Origin: Carcharhinus amblyrhynchos
Lineage: Eukaryota
Direction: 5' to 3'
Assembly (NCBI GenBank): GCA_965287045.1
Contig: OZ336897.1
Span: forward strand, 25,482,001 to 25,546,000
Length of the DNA: 64,000 nt
Part shown: positions 24,596 through 36,143 of the stretch, one piece after another
Position numbering within the stretch: position 1 is the stretch's first letter
Layout: each line of letters starts with the position of its first letter
Translations under genes and position numbers: made by a program
The notes under the pieces: model-generated
What the model saw: the letters and a program-made list of their open reading frames with translations, nothing else
Database searches by the model: none
What the model was told of the DNA's origin: nothing

Positions 24596-27531
24596 TCACT
24601 ATCATCCTCTCCACCTGCAGCTCTCAGTTTATCTCCAGGGAGTGCAAAACAGGAGATGACACTCTACAAATCGCTAATTAGACTTTCCCAGATACCTCGG
24701 GATGCGGTTTGCCTTTTCGCTTCTATGCGGCTTTATAGCTAAATATAGATAGAAGCTTAATTTATTTAAAAATGTTAACACGCAGCTTTGCTTCGGCATC
24801 CTGCTGTTTTTTAAGTGTATCTATTTACATCAATGTTATGACACCTAGTATTTATCTGTGTATATGCATTGGAATGTATAGATATACTGTGTTCTTATAT
24901 TTTTTCATCCTTTCCTTTTTTTTGTATTTACATTTCAGCCAAATGGTAGATGTTATTCACTAATACTGGAAGCTAACACTGACACCTCTTGTCCTTTCTC
25001 GTTCCTTTCCCATAATTTTCTATGGCAGTCTGCTTTTTTAAAATATATATCCTTAACACTGCACTTTCCCCACCGTCTGAAATCACCTCCTAATCAGTGT
25101 CTATCGATTTTCGCACCTCTTTTTATCCGGTTATCCCAGCATCTGAAACATGCCTTTAAAACCTCTCTCTCTTTACACACAGTGATTTACCCCCTTGCTC
25201 TCTGCTCACCAGCGGAAAAAAACAATCGATATGCCCGTGTTATTTGTGTGTGATCAGTAAATATTTGGTCTGGTGACATCTTCAGCTTTCCTCCCAATCG
25301 ATACAGGACCCAATAGGAGGCGTGCTGCAATCTGTAGACAACTACTGTCTCCATGGTGTACCTTTCTAGCCCTTCTCGTTTTTTCTCTCTCTCTCTTTCT
25401 CTTCCTGCTCTTCTGTTAAGATCAATTTCTTCTTGACTCAACCCCTGAGTCACGCCCAGTATCCCTTTAATGCGACACGATTGTTAATAAGCTAGTTGTC
25501 TTGTTATCATCAACTTTCCATTCATAAAACGGAGTGACTTATTAAGTCTAGAGCGTACATAATCACTTAATAGCACAAGTATTGGCGCTAACCTGATTTC
25601 TCTAATGCCATGCATTCACAGGACACCCCGGCAATGCAATGTTGTGCTTATCTTCAACAATACCATACATTTTAAATCGGTGTTAGTTCTATTTTTCAGT
25701 TGCAGCAGAGTTCGCGCGTCGACCATCATTTGAGTGCCGATGCTTTCTAGAAGTGAAATCAATGAGACATTTTATGTTGAGTTTCAACGCTGCAGTGTTA
25801 ACTTTTTTTTTAACTTATTGACAAGACTTGGGTTACAACCATTGCATCTGACCTTTTAAGTTTCAGCTATCCCTTCCCAATTAGACCACAATGTTATTTG
25901 CTTACATGTTAAGCGTACGCCGCTGGACTTCACCGCCGCCCCTACCCCCCTCCCCGCCACACACACACACACCCAGTTAACTTTAAAATGTATTTCTCTA
26001 TACGATGCTTAATTGAAACCAAAAGGAAACGTTTTATTTGTTCGAATTGGACAAATTTCAGTTGTGCGCTGCAATTACTTGTTAAGCGGCGTCCTTACAA
26101 TGCAACCACAAGTCCTTTGAGAAAGTGCATAAGTTATATATGTCTGCAGACATCAAACACCTAGGACATGTCCAGTTAGGTTTTTATTTAGCATCATTAA
26201 CAATTAAAATAGGGTTTCATATACAGGAATGACTTATGTTCAAATGCACTTTAAATTGTTCTCCCTCGTTTAGGCATTTCACTTGCAGGTTTGCCTCTTA
26301 TATACCACACAAAAAAAAATCAATACATTTCTGATGAGCAAAAGGCGTTTTAAAAACATATACAGATGTATCCATAGAAATGTCTATATCATGTTTAGGT
26401 TCTCTCACCTATTACTCCATTAAAAATGGTTGTATGGAAAAGTAGTGGAGCGGCTAATACTGGCAAGATCTGGAAGTGCACATATACTTAATGATTTAAT
26501 TGCGGCAGATTCCTACCCTAGAATCCGGAGAGTGAGCAGTATTTAGCTGCAATCAGGCCAGAAATGTTGCACAAGATTTTTCTCTTGAAAGAGTGCCTAT
26601 GTGTCCATTGAAGGGCGCTGATCCGAAAAGACAGAGCGGACAAATAAAAATCGATCTGAAGCGACCCTGGCCGTCCTTTTCACACGATTCACACACAATC
26701 CCCTCTCAACTCTGCCGAGACAAAGGCCCGAGGGCTGGGGGGGTGGGGGGGGGGTAGTGTTGTGGAGGAGAGATTCTCCACAAGCTACAGATACCCTTTC
26801 CAAAACGCGCAGATAATTTTACACTGGCCACAAACCACATTCTACATCAACAATTCTTCTCAAAACCTCAAAGCAATATTAGCTCTTAAGTCAGTGCGTT
26901 GATGGGGTAAAGCGGGGGGCGGGAGTGAGGTGGGGGGGGGAGCGGTTAAGCGTTGGAGAAAATCATCACCTTGGTAATTCTGAGGCTATGGCAAGTTTGC
27001 AGAAGGAATAAACTACAGACAAATAAACTTTGACAACAAGAAAGTTGCCCAAACTCCAGCGAGCACACGAGTCTATATTATTTGGGGATGTGTGTTTAAA
27101 ACAAAAGATTTTAATTCAATTATTCCTCTCTCTCTTTCTCCATCTCTCTCTCCCCTTCCTCTTACTTAACTAACTCAGGGGCAAAGCATTTCTGGTTTGA
27201 GGCTGAGAGTTCCAAACTAGCTGCTGTACTCTTGCCTTCCACGTTTGCCTCTTTAAAAAAGGAATTAAAGGAAAGGGAATTTTAGTAAAGAGACGTGGAA
27301 CTGATCTCAGCAAAAGAGTCAAAAATTGCTAAGAGTAATCGCTCTTGTATTGCTCGGGGGGTGCTTTGACCGCTCGCATTCCGGTGCACTTTGAATAGCT
27401 CGGGCAGCAACGCCAGTCCCATAAAGTTTACCACGAGATGGGGCGAAAGTTAAATTGCAAAATCGAAAGTGCTTCACTTGTTTCTGAGTATGCCAAATGC
27501 AAAGCTTCTCGCCAAAGGTTAGCCTTTTCTT

Positions 27532-27540
27532 TATATAAAA
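27532..27540 (+). promoter_or_regulatory. Candidate TATA box of an upstream alternative NR2F2 promoter
   Basis: TATATAAAA ~60 bp upstream of the open frame of the putative alternative first exon. Confidence 0.4.
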
Positions 27541-27600
27541 ATATATATATCACAGTTTACACTATCGGTCGGGGCAAACAGATGACGGTCGATGGAATGA

Positions 27601-27817
27601 ATGATTGTCTTCAATAGACAAATAGATCAGGTGAGGAGGAGACAAACCCTCCTTCTGTTCACCTGCCAGAAAAAAAAGAGATTCATCTCACTCAGTAATT
27701 TCCAACTCAGTTCCGCCAAGATTCACAACTTCCTGTGTCCAGAGAGGAGACTCGAACCCACCACGACGCAAATAATTTCGGACACTGAACAAAGACAATT
27801 GCAAGCAATGATGTTTG
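27601..27817 (+). CDS. NR2F2: Putative alternative first exon of NR2F2 (DBD-less isoform); start codon uncertain (ATG 27601, ACG 27766, or ATG 27808/27811)
   Basis: Open frame ending TTT G|GTATGT, a strong phase-1 donor compatible with exon 2. The peptide TQIISDTEQRQ...F resembles the recalled human isoform-b N-terminus MQAVWDLEQGKYGF. Confidence 0.6.
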
Positions 27818-29012
27818 GTATGTTTTTAATAAATATATATGTATATATATATTACTTAGCTTGGGGGGGGGTTGTTTTTTTTTTCTTGATCAGGACATAA
27901 TCGTTCTTAAACACCTGTATTTATTAATTAATCTATATTATTTTGACATCAAGCAGTTTAGAATTTCAACACTCGGAGGATATTCAATGTCCGTTCAAAT
28001 AATTACATTTGGGGCTTTAATTCATTTGAGTTTTTTTTGCTTTCTCTGTCTGTCTTCGAAATGACATTAAATCAGGCTGGTGTTTTATATTTTTGCTCTG
28101 GCTATTTTTGACAATTGAGCGAACAGCCCTTGCGGTTCCGCGTAGTTGTGTGTATGTCTCCCAGCGCAATAGCCATCACCCGTCGGACATTCAATCGCAC
28201 CCGCGTATGGGTCGCGGTATCTCCCCACTGTGTAATATTAGCATTAGACAACAGAAGGTCCCGCAACAATACGAATTCGCCAACTTAGAAATAAACGGGG
28301 GCTTCGAATCTTTCTGAAACGGCTTGCCCCGTCCTGGAGGTAGAAACCCAAAGCCTCTTTGCCCCTGCGTTTCAATGAATTAGATTTGTTTCCTCCCCCC
28401 CTCCCCATTCATTGTCAAATTGTAATAGTGTAATAGTGCTCTGATTTACAATGCTAGGCTGAGCTCATTTCTAAAACTTTTTAAAATAGATATGTAAAGC
28501 ACAGAATCGCCGCAAATAAGAAATTAGCCATTACTACAATCAACAGATATAATATTTGAACTGGGCATTAGAAATTGGTACTCACCACTTTTCTATCTAG
28601 ATCCACATACCCATCTGATGATTTGGGGGCAAAGGCGAATTTATTTATAGGGGGGTAGGAAGCAGCCGTCTTCGATTTAGCTTTACGGCGTTAGAAGAAT
28701 CGCTTTAGAGAGAGAGGGAAGAAAAACAAATCTGTTACCAATCGGTTGTTTTGGAAAAGAAGTCTTAACGCCAACCATCTAAGTCAAGCAAGCGTCCGGG
28801 CAGATCTGGGTAAAATAAAAACACAAAGCGACGGAGATCAGCAGTCCCGCTCAGTAACGTCCGAGTCAATTAGAGCAAAATCCTAAAGAATTAATCACAT
28901 TAAAGGTGCAGAAGTTTTTTTTTCGGGGTATAAAGGGCGCGTTGTGAGCGAAGAGGCGCCGCGATCCTTTTGAAAGGCTTTTCTCCTCTGGAGTTCTACA
29001 GCGACACTCCAT

Positions 29013-29038
29013 ACGCTAGGTGGCAGCCAGATACTGTA
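29013..29038 (+). promoter_or_regulatory. Candidate CTCF site with accessory motif
   Basis: ACGCTAGGTGGCAGC closely matches the CTCF core and is followed by ATACTGTA, similar to the accessory ACTGCA-type motif. Confidence 0.5.
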
Positions 29039-31814
29039 CAAGATTTTGACAAATTCTCCAGCATATGCTGCGATTTAGCACTGTAAATTTTTCAGGAGCC
29101 CGCTGCACTGACAGCTCCCGGTGTCTATCAAAGTGCCACAAGTCACCGCTTCAAAACTGCAATGACTTTGAGATCACCGGGACACAATGGGAACCACTTT
29201 CCCTATTCATCGTGTTGCAATGTAGTGTGTGTGAGAGAGAGAGGGGAGAAAAACCAGGGCAAAATCACAGGGAACTCAAATTCAATAGATCTAGCTGGTT
29301 ATCAGAGAACAACTGAGAAGTAAGTGGCAACCAGATCGTCTTATAAATAGGTTACTCTGGCCATGCTATGGTTGGCACCCAATGCAATATTCAATTAACC
29401 AAATACTATACGTTCCCTCATCTTTTTTTAAAAAAAAGAAATACATTTAAATGGCGGTTGCTGGTTTGCTCCAGAACAAATCCGAAGTTACTTCTGAAAT
29501 TATTGCAACCTGTCCATTTGTAATAAAGAAAACAATGAGTACATTCTGTTCCAGAAAACCTACAAAATCCAATCTTGTGAGGCCGGGGAGGAGGAGGTGG
29601 GGAGGGGGAACTCACCTATACTGGCTTTATGCACATTTCACCAAATAACGTTGATATCCTGGCACGTTAGTTTAATTAGCAACATAAGATATTTCCTTCA
29701 TATTTCTCAAAATTGACCGCATGTTGCATTTTGGATTGTTGAGTGTCAATGCTTCATATTATCTTTTCCTCTGACACTTTTTTTAAAAAATCAACTGTTA
29801 CGTTTGAAAAGATGCATGCATTTTGCAAATTGCAATTGCTGAAGATGCTTTATGCTGAAGGGTTTTGCCCATTCTTTGCTAATGTGAGTGAGCGTGGTTT
29901 CTGTACGATTGCATCAAATGAGCATCAAGTCGAACTTGAGTTTATTCACCCTCCAAGTAACCAGATTAATAGTGCGTTATAGCTTTTTTTTTTAAAAAAA
30001 ACACTTTATTAAATTGTAAACACATCACCAAGAGATTGCTCCCACAGACTATCGACATTCAGGCAAATTTCTGAAAGAAATTCAAAGCAGCAGAGAGGGG
30101 GAATAATTGTGCCGAGTAACGGTATTTGAAGTACTACCCTACTTGCACCTCAAATCGAACACCTGTTTAATGTCATCTTTCCCTGGACCCGTGTTCTTCC
30201 CTCGAATGTTCATAATTTCACATTTTATATGTTAACTGGCAGTCGTCGTTTAAGCGTGTAAATATTGGACCATTAAAAGTAACACGTACTTTTAGTTTTC
30301 CACAAGTGAATTGCGAAATGCACAGGGCTCCTCTAAAAATGTGCAGTAAAGTCCATCTTTTTAGAATGTTGGATACTGTGAAACTTGCGTCTGCAACTCG
30401 GCGCCAGCGAATTCTTAACACTTTGCAATTTCCTACAATAACACAATACGTATTCTTTTTTTCTCTCCAAACATCAGTTCATTTACATCTACTTACTTAG
30501 CTGTCTAGATAAATTTCGCAAATCACCCATTGCTACAATTAATTATAACCCTAAATGCGACCAGAACCTCCAAAAACCAATGAATATACCTGAGCCAGTA
30601 TATTTCTCACGAACATAATAACATTTGTCAATTTTGCTCTGTTGAAACCATCACTTCTTAGTTAATTCTAGCAGCGCTACCAATAGACTAACCTCAACCA
30701 ACCCGAGTGACTACTGGATGTAATGTGGTGTAAATGCAAAATAAAGACATTGGAAATTCGAATCTATGATCATTGAGGGGCATGAAGGGGGGAAAGCGTT
30801 ATCGGGGCAGCCCGGTTCCAAAGATTCGCCGCTCTTCCACATTGTTTTGGGGGAATTTGAAGCGAAATTATTCATCAATCTGCATGCATCTCTGTGTATC
30901 TCTGTCTATGTGTTTCTATGCATCTAGCTAAGTGCACGCACACTTCAAAGCTGTTTCCACTTTTAAGTATTTCAAAGTAAACGTGATATTTATCCGTATT
31001 AATAATGGTTCATCAGATGAATGAGACCCTCTCTAACATTCATGGCTTCTCTCAGCCTACACACCTTCTGCAACCCGTACAGGAACAATTCTCCTTCATA
31101 AACCAGCCGTGGCTGATTTCTGACATGGTTGGTCCTTAATTTTATTTGGATACTTTCATTTTAAAAAAAATCTTGAAATAATCCTTGCCACACTTTCCCC
31201 AACAACTCCCGTCAGGACATCTCAATCAGTGCAAAAAAAAAGCCTCGCCGCCAATGTTCCATCTTTCAGCAGCAACTTTTGTCCTTGACCAGAAACTGAT
31301 TTGTGAATAGTGTGTGTTTTATTCTCTGGTATTGATGGGGTGGGGGTGGTGATGGGGGTAGCATTTGTGTTCGAGAACCTGCTTGCTAAAGAACCTTGGG
31401 GGGGAAAGATATATATTTACCTATTTGCTCATACAAGCTATAGGGTGGATTCTTTATTAATATCAAGTTGGCATTGCAATATTCCACCTCCAATAAAAAA
31501 AGACGAGCTTATACATAATTGGGAGTATTCAGTGTGGTTGAGAATTTCTGCTTTATTGGATTATTTAATATACATGTTGTTAATTTGTGATAGCAATATT
31601 TTAAAAAAAAGAAAATTGAGTTATTGCCCATTTTATTAAAAAAATGAAGAAACAGGGTGTGGGGGGTAGGGTGGGAGTGGGCTGATGGGGAGGGAGGGAG
31701 GGAGGGGGAGAGAAATAGAAAACTTATTTTTTTCCCCCCAAGTAGACCTCTGCGCATGGATGTAATGTAAATTTGTTGGCGGCCAGGACGTGCTGGATAA
31801 TAAGTAAGGCGACT

Positions 31815-32000
31815 GTCCAATGCGGTACAGGGGGCGGGCCAGATGTCCCAGCCCCCCGAACCTAAAGCTCTGACCAGTCGCCTTTGATTGTCAGTCGCCA
31901 GCAGCCGCCGCTTGGCTCCGTCACTCGGCAGCCCCATATAAGGAAAGCATCTCCATAGAAACGTGTCAGTTTCAATAGTCGTGTCAAAGTTCACTATATA
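31815..32000 (+). promoter_or_regulatory. NR2F2 main proximal promoter
   Basis: CCAAT (31817), GC box GGGGCGGG (31831), CArG box CCATATAAGG (31934-31943), DR1 GTGTCA-A-AGTTCA (31981-31993) and TATATA (31995-32000), in a CpG-rich context. Confidence 0.8.
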
Positions 32001-32024
32001 CAGCCATCCGCGCAGATTTCCCCT

Positions 32025-32746
32025 TTCAGAAAAATTACTCCGCAAGCCCGCTCGTTCAAATCGGATTCACTTCCAACCCCCCTTTTTGCATATTTGATCA
32101 GTTCGATTCTCTCTCCCTTCCCTTATTTTTCGCCTCCTCTCGCATGAGAGAGGTTCTATAGCTCCCCTTTTTTTTCCACGACGTCGACTCCTATTTTTTT
32201 TGTGTGTGTGTAGTCTCTCTCTTTTTTTTGCTGGCGAGTTGTTGAGTCTCTTCCTCTCTGTGTGTATGTGTGTGTATGTGTGCAGTTCCCCTACCAGTAC
32301 GGCGAAGAATTTATGATCAGTTGATGGTCGGGCACTTCTACTCCGGATCGTGCATTTGCCTTCAAGAGTCGATCCCCCCTCTCTTTTTTCCTTCTTTTTA
32401 ATCTTTTAACCTTTCGTTCCCCCCCTTCGTCCTTTTTTTATGGGTTTCCTGAATGGCTGACTGCGTGCTGCCCTGGTACTGGCCCCCCGACACTCGCTTC
32501 TTCTCTGCCGATCGGATTTGAGCTCCTACTCTTTCTCCCTCTCCCTCCCCCTCTCTTTCTCTTTCTCTCTTTCTCTTTCTCTCTCTCTCTCCCCCCTCTC
32601 TCTCCTTCTCTCCCTCCCTCTCTGTATTTTTTTTGGGGGGGGTTGTTGTCAGCTAATCGACTCTTCCTCCTTCGTTTTGTTCCTGATCTGACGATTCCAA
32701 GACAAGACAGGTTTTGTTTTGTCTGATAACACTCTTGCCCCGAGAT
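32025..32746 (+). other. NR2F2: Inferred NR2F2 5'UTR, pyrimidine-rich with upstream ATGs
   Basis: Lies between the TATA-predicted start and the ATG at 32747. CT tract at 32528-32622; short uORFs at 32440-32460 and 32453-32521. Confidence 0.6.
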
Positions 32747-33167
32747 ATGGCAATGGTAGTTAGTACGTGGCGAGACCCGCAGGACGACGTGGCCGGAGCG
32801 CAGGGCACACAGCCACCCCCGCCTCAGCAAGGACCGCAACCGCCTTCTGGAGCACCCCTTACCCCGCAGACCCCAGGGCAGCCGGGAGCCCCGGGCACCC
32901 CGGCCCAGTCCAACCAGCAGAACCAGCAACAAGGCGAGAAACAGCAGCAGCATATCGAGTGTGTGGTGTGTGGCGACAAATCGAGCGGCAAACACTACGG
33001 CCAGTTCACCTGCGAAGGTTGCAAGAGTTTCTTTAAGAGAAGTGTGCGCAGAAACTTGACGTACACATGTCGTGCCAACAGGAACTGCCCCATAGACCAA
33101 CACCACCGCAATCAGTGTCAGTACTGCCGCCTGAAAAAATGCCTGAAAGTCGGCATGAGACGGGAAG
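32747..33167 (+). CDS. NR2F2: COUP-TFII / NR2F2 coding exon 1 (N-terminus and C4 zinc-finger DNA-binding domain)
   Basis: [14 protein letters not shown]...[33 protein letters not shown]...CLKVGMRRE. Phase-1 donor G|GTATTG. Confidence 0.98.
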
Positions 33168-33414
33168 GTATTGAGAATTCATTTATTTCCAAATGTTTGC
33201 GCTTACTCTAAACCAGCAACCCACCCTTTCCAACCCCAACCCACCCACCCACTCCCACCCTGGCAGAAAGGGAGCTGAACTGCTCAGACTTAATTCTGTA
33301 AAGTTGTAGTGTGTGTGCTCCCTGGCATGCCAGTTAAAATCAATTGAGTCTGTACTTTAGAGGGTGCCTCTGGTTGAGAAAGTCCTCTAAGTATTCTTTG
33401 CAAATGATTTTGAT

Positions 33415-33486
33415 CTGTGTGTGTGTGTGTGTGTGTGTGTGTTGTCTGGGGGGAGAGAGAAAGAGAAAACTGTATGTGTGTGTGTG
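33415..33486. repeat. (TG)n microsatellites in intron 1
   Basis: Read directly from the sequence. Confidence 0.9.
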
Positions 33487-33908
33487 AAAGAGAAGGGGGT
33501 CTTTTGAAAATAGTAAGATGCTGAAAGAAGTGTGCTTTGATTGTAATCTATATTGAAAAAATGTGTTATGTTACCCACGAAACTTCACACGAAAAGAGAG
33601 GAGGGTGTGAATAATGTCCTGTGCAAGTTGGAACAGTTTGCAGAGTGAAGTCCAGATAGGGAAATAAATCAGCCATTGTTGTAAAAAAAAGATTCAATCA
33701 GTTTTTTAACACACGCTGTAGGGAAATGACATAGCAAAATGGCATGGCAGTGTTCGGTTTAAAATATGCCGGCTAGCTTTAATACACACAGCTTCACGTT
33801 GTACAGCCGGTGGGAGATTTTTTTTGTCTTTAAAAAATGATAGTGTATGCAGTAGTTATTGTTGTTGTAAAATGGCTCAGGGGTGTGTATTGTATGCAAA
33901 CTGTCTGA

Positions 33909-34520
<612 letters not shown>

Positions 34521-35816
34521 TGATCTGTAATCAGAACAGCCATGATATCAGGTCAGAATGAGCATACAGTCAATTACTAAGCTCTGATCTCACTGTAGTG
34601 TCATGTACCCTTTATATAACATCTATATTATTATAAACATGGCTCCATGTTTTAGCACTATGTAAGTTTTAAAATATAATTGAAACAATTACTTAAAAAA
34701 ACACATTTAATCACGATTAAAGGTTTCATCTCAAATAGAGTTACTACAAAATTTCCAATGTTTCGCATGAGATCCCATCCCACTAATATTATTTTAAAAA
34801 TAAGTGCAAATGAAGACCAGGGATGGTGATGAAAATATTGTTATATTTTGTCATTTTGCAAAAAAATTCAGTTTGAGTTGAATACGCTTTCATATAGTGT
34901 GCAAAATTGCTGCATTTAACTTCGAACAGTAGCGCAATCATTCATCTGGGGTTGGGATAAAGCGTCCAGGGGTTGATATCAGGAAACAGAAATGTTCAGT
35001 TTCTGTGGGAAAGCGGCTCACAATCCTTCCCTTGTTGTGTTAGGGTGATCTGGGTATCCAGAGGACTCTCTGGACCCCTTCCAGTGCTCGGGTCGTGACC
35101 CGAGCTTCCTTTTCTATATTATTACTTCACACATAAAAAAAACCATGCTTTTCCAAAATGTCCTTTTTTAAAAAACCAAACTAATCAAATTAGAAGCGAA
35201 CATTTAGTTAGAGGGAAAAAAATATCCAGGCGGCTGAGCTTAAGTGGGGGTGACGTGTTGTGTGTTTGCTTTAAGTTATCACATGCCAGTTTTTGTGAAG
35301 TACTATTTTTCTTAGTCTTTTTTTTATACTTGAATTACTAACCGACTTGGAAACACTTTTAAATGTTATGCGGTTTATTTTGTTTGTTCAGTCTACTTGA
35401 TCCTACTCAACCAAGAGCAATCGATGACATTACCATAGCAGTTAATTTATTACTATTTGTGAAATGTCAGGCCTTGTGTGCAGTCAAGCAAACTCACTGT
35501 TTTGTGAGCACTTTGCTATTACATGCTGTTGGGGGGTGGATATACATACGCATAAATATACAACGCTACATGCCAGAGATAGTAAAATCTGGTTTAAGTT
35601 TAGGAAACCCCCAAAAAAGTGAAATGTGGTTGTGAATGGTTGCTGTATCTGTGCATTGTGTTTTCTTTGATGACTATAATAATATGCGTCTGTTGGGCTG
35701 GGTCTAGAACATTGCAAGATGCAATGGCTAGGTCAGGTCATAACCTATGCTCTCTAATTAAAGGTCCTATGCACGTATGGGTGTAATTTATTTAATCCTG
35801 CACTTTTTTTCTCTAA

Positions 35817-36143
<327 letters not shown>

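Noticed and set aside
25550-25570. TACATAAT resembling the reported COUP-TFII Shh-response element
   Set aside because: The match is short, the position is far from the main promoter, and such a word is expected by chance in AT-rich DNA.
32714-32746. N-terminal extension of NR2F2 given by the ORF track (TTG start)
   Set aside because: The conserved protein begins [10 protein letters not shown] at ATG 32747. The ORF caller's alternative start has no support.
32438-33106. 222-aa antisense ORF over exon 1
   Set aside because: It is the shadow of a GC-rich coding exon plus the CT microsatellite (R/E/G runs). No recognisable domain.
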